Origin: Epiperipatus broadwayi
Taxonomy: Eukaryota > Animalia > Onychophora
NCBI GenBank assembly: GCA_028023455.1
Contig: JAQFVV010000003.1
Coordinates: forward strand, 9,424,001 to 9,488,000
DNA: 64,000 nucleotides
Direction: 5' to 3'
Shown: positions 14,760 to 28,180 of the stretch, piece after piece
Layout: each line of letters begins with the position of its first letter
Numbering within the stretch: position 1 is the first letter of the stretch
Notes under the pieces: model-generated
Told to the model about the DNA's origin: nothing
Database searches by the model: none
What the model saw: only the letters and a program-made list of their open reading frames with translations
Translations under genes and position numbers: made by a program

Positions 14760-15135
14760 TCAATCTTATAAATATTATTATATGCAGATATTTTTTCTAT
14801 ACAATATAAAAATATATGAATTTTATTATAATTTTACTATACAAATGTTTTTTTTTATTCAATTATTTCCAACTTTATTTATTTATATACTTTGTTAATT
14901 AATTAATATTTTCAATATATTTTTGTTAATATGGTTTTTAACTTTTATATCAAACAAATATTTTAAATTCTGTATTAATTTAAACATATTAATATCAATT
15001 AATTAACAAAATATATAAATAAATAAAGATGAAAAATAATTGTATAAGATATATTTGTATAATAATATAATTTTTAAAAAATAGACATTTTTATATTTCA
15101 TAAGAAAAATATATATTTTAATAATAATTTATGAG
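14760..15135. repeat. AT-rich fold-back inverted repeat
   Basis: 14858-14910 is the near-exact reverse complement of 14990-15043. Weaker similarity extends outward to about 14760 and 15135. Confidence 0.65.
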
Positions 15136-16575
15136 AGTAATAGTTCAGATTTTAATATTTTCATTTTTATTTGTAGATTCTCTACATAAATGTAAAAATA
15201 ATCTATGTATGTATAAAGAAATTAAAATATAGAGAATAAATAAATATAAAAATAGTAATTTTCAAAGCATATTTTAATAACAGAAGCAGAAAAATTGCAT
15301 CCACAGAAATGATATATATATATCAACTAATTAAAGGAAATATAAAAATAAAAACAAACACAATTATTTTTCTACACAGCCACTTCAATATTTTATCCAG
15401 AAGACTGATTTAATCAGAAATTACAGCAAATGGCTTGCTCCAAAATTTAAACATTAAAAATTATTTGCATATCTAATAACACACTAAATTCCTATAGATT
15501 AAAAGCCTTTTTTAAAAAAACTTTATGAATAAAAATGACTACATAAATACAACTTTACTTTTTTTAAATAACAAACATTTTTATGAACTGATAACAAGCT
15601 ACTGTGAATAAATTATTTAAAAACATACTTTCCAGCTAATGAAAACAAGAGGCCTCCTTGACAGGAATACATATAATTCTTTATTACCAAACAAAAATCA
15701 ATCCAGTAAGTTTGACATTCTACCCAAGTCCATAAACCTGGTTGCCCTGGCAGGCTTATAATAACAAGCATTGGTTGATGTACAGAAAATATTTCAGCAT
15801 TTGTTGATGGCCATATATATGATATTAGACCATTATTCAATTCTTATGTTAAAAATATCACAAACTTTCTTTTCATTTTAGTATCTTTAGATGTTATATT
15901 ATAGTATACTAATATATCTCATATTGTTGGAATTAAAGCTATTAAATCTGCTTTACAAAATGGAAAATATGATAACATCAAATTAAAATTATTGCTAAAT
16001 TAGTGTATTTAGTCTTCAAAAATAATTATTTTGTTTTTAATTCTACATAGTATTTACAAAAACAATATACTGCAAATGTGAATAAAAATGGCATTAAATT
16101 ATGCCAACATTTTAATGACAGTTTATAGCTACTTATATTTTCATAAAAATCACAGTAAGCACTTAAAGATTAAAGTCACTTACAGTCAATTGTTAAGAAT
16201 TAAATAAATTTATGACAAAGTGTCTTCAACAAAATAGCCAAGCTTTATATAGTATATTTATAAATATGACATATTCTAAAGTACTGTTGGATAAAACAGT
16301 AATAAAATCTTGACAAGTTGACAGAAAATAACTTCTAAGAAAAAAAGTGGTCAATTGAAAATTCCACAACTAGTTCTTACTTTTAATGATGATTTACCTA
16401 ATATTAACAAATATTACAGAAACATTTTAACATTAAATTCCACTGATTACCTAAAAGCTATTTTTCCCAATCCACCTAAATTTGTATATCAAAGACACAA
16501 AATACTTAAGGATAGTCTTGTAAAAACAAATTTTATTTCTCTGTATTAGAAAAAGATCTTGGTGCAGTGCTCTCA

Positions 16576-16635
16576 GATCCAAGACTCCTTGCTAATGAAA
16601 GCCACAAACTAGAAACTAGTCTGGAAACATTAGAT
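16576..16635 (+). ncRNA. Degenerate type-I hammerhead ribozyme, PLE family copy A
   Basis: gatccaagactccttg CTAATGA aagc cacaa acta GAAAC TA GTC tgg. Homologous to 17015-17074 (-) and 55371-55408 (-). Confidence 0.55.
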
Positions 16636-17014
16636 TAGTAAGTACTAGATAGGAATTTTATGCAGAAACTTTCCTGCATCCATTCATTATTCTGGCTTGT
16701 GTGGGAATGGTGCTACTGTATGGATAGTTTTGCCTCTGTGCAAACATATGATTACAAAAATGGTTTCAAGATAACATCATTAATGATTTTAAATGGTATG
16801 TCCTCAACTATGTGAATTGTAAACACAATATATTTATTAGAATATAATAGATGTTTGAATCATTATGAAAGTGATTTACAGCAACAGTCTACATATTAGA
16901 ATAATTAACATCACATGATTACCATTTCTTATGCTTGCTCTTAACTGTTATAAAAACAGGAAAAACTTTCTATATATATTGTCACTCAGTGCAAGTCAGA
17001 GTAAGTGCCTACTC

Positions 17015-17074
17015 ATCCAATATCCCCAGACTAGTTTCTGGCTTGTGACCTTTGTTAGTAAGAAGCATTGGATC
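17015..17074 (-). ncRNA. Degenerate type-I hammerhead ribozyme, PLE family copy B
   Basis: Reverse complement is gatccaatgcttctta ctaacaa aggt cacaa gcca GAAAC TA GTC tggggatattggat. It keeps both strands of the long stem I, but the CUGAUGA box is mutated. Confidence 0.55.
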
Positions 17075-17485
17075 TGAGAGCACTGCACCTAGCTCTTAGG
17101 GTACTAGATGGAGATTTTATGCACAAGCCTTCTAGCATCCATTGATTGCTCTGGCTTGCATTGAGTTGCACTACTGTATGGAGAGTTTTGCCTGTTTTAA
17201 TGTTAGAATAATTAACCATAGTTTTGCATTTTACATAAAAATCCATACAAACCAGTTTCTAAACATTTAACTTTTCCAGGTCACTTAATTAATGATTTAA
17301 GAGTGGTCATATTGCAGAATACTTTTTTTCACCACAAGAGAGAGAGAGTTTCTTTTGTTTATACATATAAAATTGTATACCCTATGACATAAATGTGAAC
17401 ACAGGTACCATTACATCCTTGAATTATCTAGTTTCCTAATGCTTTATTTTTTATTCAGTTATTTTTACTTGATATGTTAAGCAAT

Positions 17486-17487
<2 letters not shown>

Positions 17488-17555
<68 letters not shown>
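17488..17555. repeat. (AT)n microsatellite
   Basis: Directly visible ~65-bp TA dinucleotide run with one interruption. Confidence 0.95.
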
Positions 17556-17560
<5 letters not shown>

Positions 17561-19737
17561 TTTCATAAGAATATAACTAAAGTTGTTTTTTCCTCTTTTT
17601 TCTAAAATATAACATATATTTATTACAACTGGTTGATTGATTAAAAAAAGGTTTTTTAAAAAGGGTTTAAATCTATAGAAATATTTTGTGTTATCAAACA
17701 TGAAAATGATTTTTAACATTTAAGTTTTTGGAGGAAACTATTTTGTTGTAATCTCTAATGAAAATCAATCTTCTGATGGAAATGTGTAGAGAAGTTACTG
17801 TTTGTTTATATGTGTAAATTAGAAAATCATATTAAATTACTATAAAATAACAAATTTATATCAAAATTCTGTTATAACTATTACTAAAAAATAACAAATT
17901 TATATCAAAATTCTGTCATAACTATAATTTCATCTATTGCACAAATAGACATTTTCAAGCGAAAATCAATAAAATGTAACACATTTACATTTATCAAATT
18001 AACCAATACCATTATTCACTTCAAATACCACCTATTTTTAATATCAAAAGAAGTTTTCATAAGATTGATGACCCCAGAATCAAAAAGATTAATCATCAAA
18101 CTTTTTTATCACTTTAAAAAAATTTTTTTTCATAAGAGATAACCTCTGCATTGTCAAATAATGTATTATGACTTGTATTAAGTGCTTGAATATATAAAGT
18201 TAAATTATGATATCTATTTTTAACTTTTTATGAATTTGAATTCTTTTATTAAGACTCTGTTTACTTTGACTTGTACAAATTTAATGACATTTACTAATTA
18301 TCTTATAAATTTATTAGGAATACATTCACCATCAATAGACTTTTGAATTACTTAATCATGAATTTAAATCAAGATCTTTCTTCCAAGTAACTTGCATATC
18401 ACCAAATAAATGATTATTATTATTATTATTAATCAGTTTATAAATTGAAGCCTTAAAAAGTAATCTTTCTTTATTAAAATCAGACATAAATATTTTTACT
18501 AAATATAATATTCTTAATAAATTCATCATAGTAACCTCAATATTATAATCAAAAGCAATTTGTCTTCTTTGAATATAAACATTGCTTCAAAAATCAAGTC
18601 ATTTATTCCTATAATAAAAATTTAACAAAGCAGTTTTTTTATGATTGAAATGTTAATAATTGTCAGGCTTTACCATATTTCTTAATTTTTTTTTTCATAA
18701 AATTATTTTGTTAATTTTTTTTAATAGTAATAAAAGGTTTAACAATATTAGCAGCAATGCTTATTTTCAAAGAAGACAGTGCATTTTTGATTATAGTGAT
18801 TTAGATTATCATAATTTTATTAAAAACATATTTAATAAAAATATTTACATGCTGGATTTTAATAAAAAGATTTTAATGTTAATGGGGGAGGGTATCTTTT
18901 AAAGCTTCAGTTTATAGACTGATTGATAATAATAGTAATTTAATGGGTGATATGAAAGTATCTTGGAAGAAAAATCTTCATTTAAATATATTAAATAATT
19001 CAAAACAATGTATTAGTAGTGAAGGTATTCCTATATAGCTTATAAAATTACTTGTAGTTATCATTCAATTAATATAAGTGAAAGTACATTTCTTAATAAG
19101 AGTTAAAATTCATAGAAGTAGATAGGTATCATAATTTAACTCTATATATTTATGAATTTACTACAGCTCATAATATATTATTTAATAATGCACAGGATAT
19201 CTTTTATGAAGAAAAATAAATTTAAAAAAAATGTTAAAGAAAAAAATTTCTTTGATATTAAAAGTAGATATATTTAAAATGAATTGTGGGAAAGGTTAAT
19301 CTGCTACATATAAATGTATTATGTTTGTTTGAGTTTCTCTTGAGAAGATCTATTTGTGTAATAGGTGAATCCATGGTGATAACAGAGTTTTATTTTACTA
19401 GTATTTTAATGTTACATGAATTTCAATTTTTTATTATTACTAGTATAGTGTTAGGCAGTAATTAATTATATGCATGTATAAAGATAATAATTAACATTTT
19501 TAAATATGTGTTTATATAAATAATTTTTAATGACTCATTTTATTTAAATTTTATTCAATTCATCATATTTCTACAATTAGTTTTCTTATAGTTTTAATTA
19601 CCCAGTAATCTTTAAAAATTAGAGCTAGAAAATATTAAAATACACATGATTATATATAAATGATACAATATATCATAATTATGTCTAAAATTATAAATTT
19701 ATATTTTAATTACAGTTATACAAAAATATTATATTAT

Positions 19738-20510
19738 CCCTATCATTATAATTATATTAAATCTTAAAATTGTTTTTTTTGTTTTACTTATATCCATAAT
19801 ATTTTTTTATTTTATCTTATAATTTCTTATACATTACTTATATTTAATGACCAATTTTATATTAACTTATATTAATGACCAATTTTATATTTTTATATGA
19901 TTATTAAATATTGTAATTTAGTTATTTAATTAAAACTACTTTTAATTTAATATAAATTTGTGTACTTAAATCATACATTATTTAATTTTTATTAAATTAA
20001 AGAGTAATATTAATATTAAAAAAGTATTAATTAAAAAAAATCCAAATTTAAATAAAGATGTAGGTCTAAAAACTTTACTAATATAATGAAATAATTAAAA
20101 TAATAATAATATAACTAAATAAAAGAAAATATTACAGAAAATATTAATTACAGAAAATAAACATAGGAAAGTTATAATATAAGGTAGAAATATTTTTAAA
20201 AATGTAAAAGATTTTATTGGAGAAGATAATAAAAGTTAGAGAATTTAAACAGAATGAATTAAAGTTAAGTAATGTATAAGTGCATAAATTTATATTAAAT
20301 TAAAAATAGTTTTAATTGGATAACTAAATTGTAATAATTAATAATTTAAAAATTATAAAAATATAAAAGTTAAAAAATAAATATAAAATTGTTCATCAAA
20401 TATAAGCTATGCATAAGAAATTATAACACAAAATAAAAAAAAATATTATAGATATAAATAAAACTAAAAAAAAAACAATTTTAAGATTCAATGTAATTAT
20501 AAAAGTAGGA
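19738..20510. repeat. Long AT-rich fold-back (arms ~270 bp)
   Basis: 19738-20000 aligns with the reverse complement of 20245-20510, e.g. aatcttaaaattgttttttt...ttataatttcttat and atttagttat..aattaaaacta..tttaatttaatataaattt. Confidence 0.8.
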
Positions 20511-20515
20511 ATAAG

Positions 20516-20909
20516 ATTTGAAATACAGGCATTCTTCCTATACCTGGATCTTAAATGTAAATATAGGGGATTTGAATACAGACTTTGAAGCACCCTTCAA
20601 CTGCCCACACTATCTCATACCACTGATACACATGATTACATTCATGTAGAAAATATAAATAACCAATATATGTATTTTGAGCTAAACCAGCATTCATGAG
20701 TACTGATTATATAGAGTTCAAAAGCACTGATTATATATACATGTGTAGGAGATGATAATCTATACATACTGATGAGTGCTGGTTTAGCACAAATACATTT
20801 ATTGGTGATTATTTATCTTTTCTACATGTGTATGTTTATGGGTATCTGGTATAGATAGTGTGGATAGTTGAAGGGTGCTTGAAGGTCTGTGTTCAAATTC
20901 CCTATATTT
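20516..20909 (+). mobile_element. Hammerhead-bearing small element (family H), fold-back copy
   Basis: Inverted arms at ~20545-20700 and 20770-20909. Core CTGATGA GTGCT ggttt AGCAC aaatac at 20769. Flanked by the 14-bp direct repeat aaaagtaggaataa (possible TSD). Confidence 0.7.
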
Positions 20910-20985
20910 AAAAGTAGGAATAATATTTTAGATAGTTGTAATTAAAATATGAATGGTATATATTTTTAAATATAATTATGATATA

Positions 20986-23023
20986 CACCCGGGTCTCATT
21001 TTATGCCTATTTATTTAATGTGATTTTGAAGTTATGCGATTCATCATATTTCTTCTTAATATCTTTGTATGCGGTTTTCTTTTATGCGATAAAAATTATT
21101 AGATCAGAAGTTGAGCTCCAATAATGTGCTATTACTTTAAATATTATAAATTTCACGCACTCACATTATATTTAAAGTAATTGCGCATTATCAGAGTTCG
21201 ATTTCCATCTAATAATTTCAATATTTTCAGCACTTTATAATAGTACTGTAATAGATTTTATGCAATAAAGAAGTTCATAATTCATTTAAAATCAGGATTT
21301 GCCCATTTTATATACACATATTAAATTTTACAAGACTATAATGTAAATCTGTTCAAACATTATAGATGCCTAAACTATGTATGTTGTTGTTTTTGCATTT
21401 TAAATCATATTCTATTTTTGCTTTTTAAAAAAAGTGTACATAATCAATCATTTAGTGTCCGCAAGTAATAAATTTTACAAGACTATAATGTAAATCTGTT
21501 CAAACCTTATAGATGAAAAATACTATGTATGTTGTTGTTTTTGCATTTTAAATCACGGTCTATTAGCAATTATTTTATCAAGCGCCATGTTTACAATTAT
21601 ATTACATTCAAATATCAGCATTTCAAGCTAATTGAACACGTGCCTTATGAGAGTGTTAAATAAATGAATACTTTCCTCTTCAATCCAAGATATAGTATTT
21701 ATGCAGGAATAAAAAGAATCCTCTTATTCCTACAACTCAAATTCTTTTATATGAGCAAATCTGAAGAACTGTTGAGGAGAGCGTGAGTAGACTCTCACTT
21801 TAAATTACTATTTACGATGTTTGTTGACTGAATGACGTCGATGAAATTGATTAAAATTTACTAAACGTCATTCCTACTGAAACTTAATTATGAGTAAATA
21901 AGCAATTATTTTATCAAGCGCCGTGTTTACAATTATATTACATTCAAATATCAGCCTTTCAAGCTAATTGAGCATGTGCCTTATGAGAGTGTTAAATAAA
22001 TGAATAGTTACCTCTTGAGTTGTAGGAATAAGAGGATCCTTTTTATTCCTGCATAAATACTATATCTTGGATTGAAGAGGAAAGCATTTATTTAACACTC
22101 CCATAAGGCGCATGCTCAATTAGCTTGAAAGGCTGATATTTGAATGTAATATTTTTGCTTTTTATAAAAAGAGTACATAATCAATTAATCATTTAGTGTC
22201 TGCAAGTTTATTTTTAAAAGGTGAGTAACAGCAGTGGGCACAATTAAATTTGACAATTAAAATCTGATTTTTAATTGTAATTAACAATTTAAAAATTAGT
22301 TAATGTGATCTGAAATTAAGGTGATGTGAAATGAAATTTGATTTTTAAATGGAATTGAAAATTAAAAAAGTAAAGGCAAAAATAAGAATTTAATTTTTAA
22401 TTGTTAGTTTTAATTAAATTTTGCCCAACAGTGGTGAGTTTGGTGTCTTTTTATTATCGTAAATCTAAGTTCTTATTTTTATTTTAAACTTTTAGTTTAC
22501 TCTAATGGAGAGAAAAAAACGCCCAAGAATATGAATTTCTTTGGAAACAAAAATTTCAATTTTAGATCACTTTGCAAAATGGGAAGGATCAACAGCGATT
22601 GGGAAATGTTTTAGTTGTATTTCCTCTTGACTTTGTTTAAGGAGAAGCTACAGTACATCGCATCATGATGAATCTGTTGTCTCAAACAGCGATAATGATT
22701 AAAATACTGTACATGTATGAAAAAATGTAAATTACGCATAAAAATATATTGTTTTGAATAAAATTAAATACTGTAGTTAATAAAAAAAAAGTAAAAAAAG
22801 TTAATCTTGTATCAATTTTTTTCAAATTTAAAATTTTTTATTAGTCATATTTTATTTTATTTTTTATGCGAATTTTAAAGTAATTTTACGTTGTTGCTTT
22901 GCTTTTATGCGATTTTTGGAAAATTACAGTACATATCCCCCATTTTTCAAGGTAAGTTAAGTCTATTTTTTTTGTGCGCATTTTCTGAGGAATCTATCTA
23001 CTGCATAAAATGAGACCCAGGTG
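20986..23023 (+). mobile_element. Non-autonomous pogo/Tigger-like DNA transposon
   Basis: 21-bp TIRs CACCCGGGTCTCATTTTATGC / GCATAAAATGAGACCCAGGTG with one mismatch, and a TA target duplication on both sides. CENP-B-like HTH remnant MERKKRPRI*ISLETKISILDHFAKWEG at 22505-22610. Confidence 0.85.
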
Positions 23024-23621
23024 TATTGTACATTTCTATATAATCATACTTATTTAAATATTTTGTACCTCTGATGAAAAGTTGGGCAGTCAAAGACCAT
23101 TTATAAAAACAATGGGTTGTATTGAATAAAATATAAATGAAGGGAGTTTTTAATTATATTTGATACTAAAATCATTGCATAGAAGATAAATAAGAATATA
23201 AATAATTTTTAATACTTAGTGCAAAACATCTTAACATGATATATAAACAAATGTAATTCTTAATTCTTGTGTGTGTATATATATATATATATATTATAAT
23301 GGTTATCTTCACTGGTTAAATAATATTTTTATGTTTGAAAACATAATTACTGGTAAAACTTGCCCTTGAAAAAAAATTCCAATATGCACAATAATTATCT
23401 TATACTAAAAAGACATGGAATGAATTTTTTACATAGATTAGGAATGTTGTATATGTATATTGAAATGTTTGTTTAACATATGCACTTATGTAGTACATAT
23501 TTATAATAAAAATTTAAATATAGCATTACTAATAAATGCTCATTTACTATATTAATGAATATATAAGTATTATTAATTTTTTATTGTTAAATCAACTGTG
23601 CTTTGTCCATTTGCAATTTAC

Positions 23622-23992
23622 CATCATGGATGTGACAAGAATCTCAGCCTCAGGGTGGCCTTTGATCATTCTATCATCAGATTTTCAATTGGATGGAAGG
23701 TTAAAGAGTTGGAGTGTGGAGTATATTGAAGCCTGTCCATTAAAGTATGAAGATTGGCTATCTTAATATATATCTGAACACTTATAGTATATATGTGTAG
23801 AGATGGTAATCTGGATCAACTGATGATTGCTGTTTTAGCATGAAATATGTATATTGGTGATTATTTAATATGTATATTGGTGATTATTTATCTTTTTGAC
23901 ACATATGGGTTCAAGTATATCAGTGTTATGAGATAGAATGGAGAGTGATGGGTCGTGTGAAAGTCTGTGCTCATATACTCTATATATTAAAG
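23622..23992 (+). mobile_element. Hammerhead-bearing small element (family H)
   Basis: High similarity to 34317-34620 and 34742-35075. Core at 23820: CTGATGA ttgct gtttt agcat GAAA tatgtat a ttggt. Contains a 22-bp internal tandem duplication at ~23845-23890. Confidence 0.8.
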
Positions 23993-26954
23993 AGATTATA
24001 TATGAATATATTTATATATATATATGAGTGTTTTTTTAGAAATAAAATTGGAAAGATATATGTATACACACATATAGTGTAGAATAAATATATATTAACA
24101 TTTATACTATCACTATTTGGAAAAGTGGAGTTTTTGAAAGTATAGTTATGCATTTCTATATCTTAATTTTTTTGTTTCAATAATCAATTGGAACATGCAA
24201 AGTATAACTTGTAGTATTATATATATATTTTAATGTTACATCTATTTCTCATCCACATAAGTTCAGTTGATAGGATTTAAATAATTGAAACTATTTCTAT
24301 ATAAATTATGTATTATTATTTATTTATATGACTATTGTAATTTTAAATAATTACTCTTACATACACAGAAAGAGAGATATATGTACAAACACACACACAT
24401 TTACATCATTAAAAACGAGTCAACATTTAGTCAATCCCAACATCAATAGCAATCAACACTTTCACACTGTTGTCAAGGCAACCTCTTTTTAACAATAAAA
24501 GTGGAAGCCCATCTTTATTAATCGTCTAATATACTTATAATGAGAGTAAAGATTGCAACTTGACTAGAGAGATTGAAATTATTGATACAAAGAAGTTTAA
24601 ATAAACCTCTTTAAACAGGTAAATAAAACCTATTCTGAATGGAAACTGATAAATAGTCAATTATAACATTACAAACTGCAATTATAAATTTCAAATTGCA
24701 CTCAAAAATACAACTTGAATAATAAGTGTAATAATATAAATAATATAAAACAATTAGTAAATGTACATAGTACATACTTTATATTCTGCTTTAGCATACA
24801 TACAAATGTGTCACATGAATATGTATGTTGTTTATTCCTATGCCAAGTGCTGATTCTGTTCAGTCTTTTGCATGTGTATGTATCAAAACATATTTTTATT
24901 TAAATGTTTAATGCTTTATTTCTTTTATCAGCCTTTCATTATATCTGACAATCTTTTTCTTTATAAAAACATCTGCTATTAATATTGCTTCCATCATTAT
25001 AAGCTAACAGATAACAAAGAATATTCCTTTAAAGACTATTAATAAAAAAAATAATTTGTTTGTTGTTTAATTAACTCTATTATCGCAGAATAATTATGAA
25101 ATTTGTAACTAGCAAAGAATTTTATAACATGGTTAAAACTTAATATTTATATTATAGCACAAATCTTTTTAAAAAAAAAACAAAAAGTAAAATACCATTA
25201 ATTTAGTAACCCTGATAAGAACTTTTTTGAATTTCTGAATTTTCCTGATTTTAAAAATAGATTTTTTACCCTCTCAAGGTCAACCCAAACTCTGTTAAGA
25301 TGAAAAAAATATCAAGGAAACTTACTATATTTTTTCTTTATTTACTGATTTTTAAAAAAAATTTATTTGTGTATTATAAAAGTCTAAAGATCACTTTTGA
25401 AATTTTATTTGAAAATAGGTGTTCAAATTAATAATTTTCTATCTATACGGCCCTTCACTGCAAACTATTTTCTCTTATTCTCCCCTATACATGTTTTTGT
25501 TTTTTTGTCTTTCATCAGAAAGCAAAACTATTTCTTATAGAATTGTTACAAATGCTTCTATTCCTCACCATTTGACCCTTTTATTTCATATATGAATAAT
25601 CATATGGTAATTGTTCTGAAGATCATTTGATATTTGAGAGTCTAAATGTGATGGGTTGGGCCTATTTCATTCCAAGAGAGATTTTTTTTTTCATTTTTAG
25701 AGTAGGACTGTTGCTAAACTTATACATTAGACATGGTGGGTGATGTGCTTTTTGTTTCAAGAAAATGTGGAACACAACTTGCTTGGTTTTTTTACTGAGG
25801 CATAACCATTTTGAACATCTTGCTAATATTTAATTTAACACCATTATAATTCTTAGTTTCATCAAAGCACATCAAATTTTCCATTGAACAATAACTTTGA
25901 TCATGCATTTTCCTATGGGTAAAGAAAGATATCTTTCTTATAAATAACTCACAGATTTAATCACATCTATCCTCTGAATTGGCATACAATGAGAGTAGGT
26001 TATTAATTTTGCATGGAAATGTCATGCTTCACTCTTACACTCTTAAATATCATTTGACTTTACAATTAGGCCATCTGACTATTTATAACCATGGTTGTAC
26101 ATTGGATGGTTTTCCTGCCGCATTGCCATCTGTAAATTAGTTATACCATATTTTTTACTAGCTTATTGTATAAATGCTTTAAATCTTTTGGATTATAGAG
26201 AAATTTTGATCTGCTATCAAATCTATATTATATTATCTGAATTACAAATCTTGAAATCTTTTGATATATTCATTTGGATTGCTGAGGAAGAATATTTTAT
26301 AATATGATTTTAAGTGTTATAAAATTTCTTAGCTATGAGTTAATTTTTTATGAAGATCAAATACTTTAGAGGTTTCTAAAAGAAGAGAAAGTCTGCATGT
26401 ATAAATCCCATTAATAATTTTTGTCTTTGATAATAAAGACACTTTTTTTTTTGAAAGAAAACAAAGATGAAATAATAATGTTATTGAATGAATTTTACTT
26501 TCTTTACTTTTTTCTTAAGCTTGTATTTTTTAATGGAGTCAGTTTTAATTTTATCACTAGAGGGTACAATATTTCTATTGACACACAGCAATAGAAGGAG
26601 CTAACATTATTAGTTTTTAAATTTATCACTAGAGGGAGAAATCGGATTGATAATTTAAATTTAAAAAAAATAATGACGATTGTTCATGGGAATCAAAACA
26701 CCTCTCAGTGCAAAAAGTAAAAGCCTAAGAATAAGAAAAAAGGAAGAAAATAAAATGCATTTAATAATTAATAAAAACATTTGTAACTCAATAAATAATA
26801 ATTTAAAACATCAAATTATTAAATGAAAATTGAATTGTTGACAATGTATTCTGTAATATAGTTTTTTTATTTTTAAGTTCAATTTTTTTATTCTTAAATT
26901 TTTTCCTATAATTTATTTTTAGCCATTTTCATTTAATAACCACTTATTATCCAG

Positions 26955-26964
26955 GACTCATGTC
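26955..26964 (+). CDS. CACNA2D: Candidate 10-nt microexon of the alpha2/delta gene (x-T-H-V)
   Basis: ttatccag|GACTCATGTC|gtaagt has a consensus donor. The only reading that stays open into the next exon is phase 2 to phase 0. An alternative acceptor at 26922 would give a 42-nt exon. Confidence 0.35.
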
Positions 26965-27251
26965 GTAAGTAAAACAATCAAGTATGCAGCCTGCCTTATT
27001 TGTCTATTTTCAGGATACATTGTTATACTGCATTTTTCCACCCTGACTAAAAATGTTTATCCTCTGTTTAATAAATATATGTTCATACAGAGATTTTTTT
27101 TTCCATTGTGAAATCTTTAATTACATATCTCAGTTGTTAGTTAATTTTTTTTTCTTAATTTGTTGCACTTATAATTTGGTGTTGTGATGTAATGTTGTTG
27201 TTGTTGTGCTCAATGTTTTTCCTCATTTCCTTCCCTGCCTTTCCCAACCAG

Positions 27252-27275
27252 GGTGGAAGAGACTATGAGATGAAG
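27252..27275 (+). CDS. CACNA2D: 24-nt exon of alpha2/delta (GGRDYEMK)
   Basis: Strong pyrimidine tract and ccag|...|gtact, phase 0-0. It joins in frame to LRTEM and sits where alpha2delta-3 has EDRDDV-LR. Confidence 0.6.
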
Positions 27276-28180
27276 GTACTTGTCTATGATTTATTTTTTA
27301 AATATTTGCAGCGTGGTGGCAGCACCACACTGTTATTAGTGCTTTGCTTGCTGGGATTGAAGTTACTTTGTTAATCGCTTGTAATTAAGTACCATTTACT
27401 ATCAAAACTAAGTATCATTTATATAGTAAAAGTAAATATTAACATTCATAACGAAAATAAACAAATAAATAAATGAATATAAAACCTTTCTATAATTCTG
27501 GATATTCTAGGAAAGCATAAATCATTTAATAATTTAATTCTACATTTATTAAGTGAGGTGTAATATTATTTCTGTAAAGCTTCAATAATATTTATTATTT
27601 TGCAGTGAACTTGTTGAATATAAATTAAAGTTTCATTAATTTGAACAATTGTCAATTGCCATAATTATAACTAACACGACTAAGTTTTGTATTTATTTAG
27701 TTTGTTTATTTTTTTGATTGCTTTTAAATCATAAAATTATTATTAAAAAATCATAAATAAGCATAGTCACAAGAACTGGTAGCTTGAAACCCAGCTAAAA
27801 TTAAAAACAGATTTTCTTTCATTTTATAAAATGCGATAACTGCTGTAAATTTAATATTATTAAATATGCAAATCGCTCAATTATAAATTGTAAAGTTATT
27901 GACATTGGTGGTCATGTGCCTTCAACTTGTCCAAGCATGTTGATAACTTGATTCATTGTTTTAATCCATTTTATAACTTTATTAATGCATGTAATTTATA
28001 TCAGAACTTCTCTGAGATTTATTTTTTCATGAAGTTAAATTGCTATATTATTTAAATATTAATCATAAAAAATATATATTTACTTAATTAATTGGAAATT
28101 TTGCTTTTCTAATTTTCTAATTGACTTTAATCATATATCACTCTGTACATATTCTATACATTCTTGCTTACAAATTTTAG

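Larger units (their letters stand above)
15400..17250 (+). mobile_element. Degenerate Penelope-like retroelement (RT + GIY-YIG) with inverted pLTR pieces
   Basis: Motifs: F.ILPK.HKPGCPGR.II.SIG..TENISAFVDGH (15700-15810), DV.L.YTNI.H..GIKA, NYANI, YSQLLRI, the linker KIPQLVLTFN..IFPNPPKFVYQRHKILKDSLVK (ORF 16355..16549), and GIY-YIG NTIYLLEYNRCLNHY (~16830-16870). An antisense copy of the 3' end is at 17015-17250. Confidence 0.85.
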
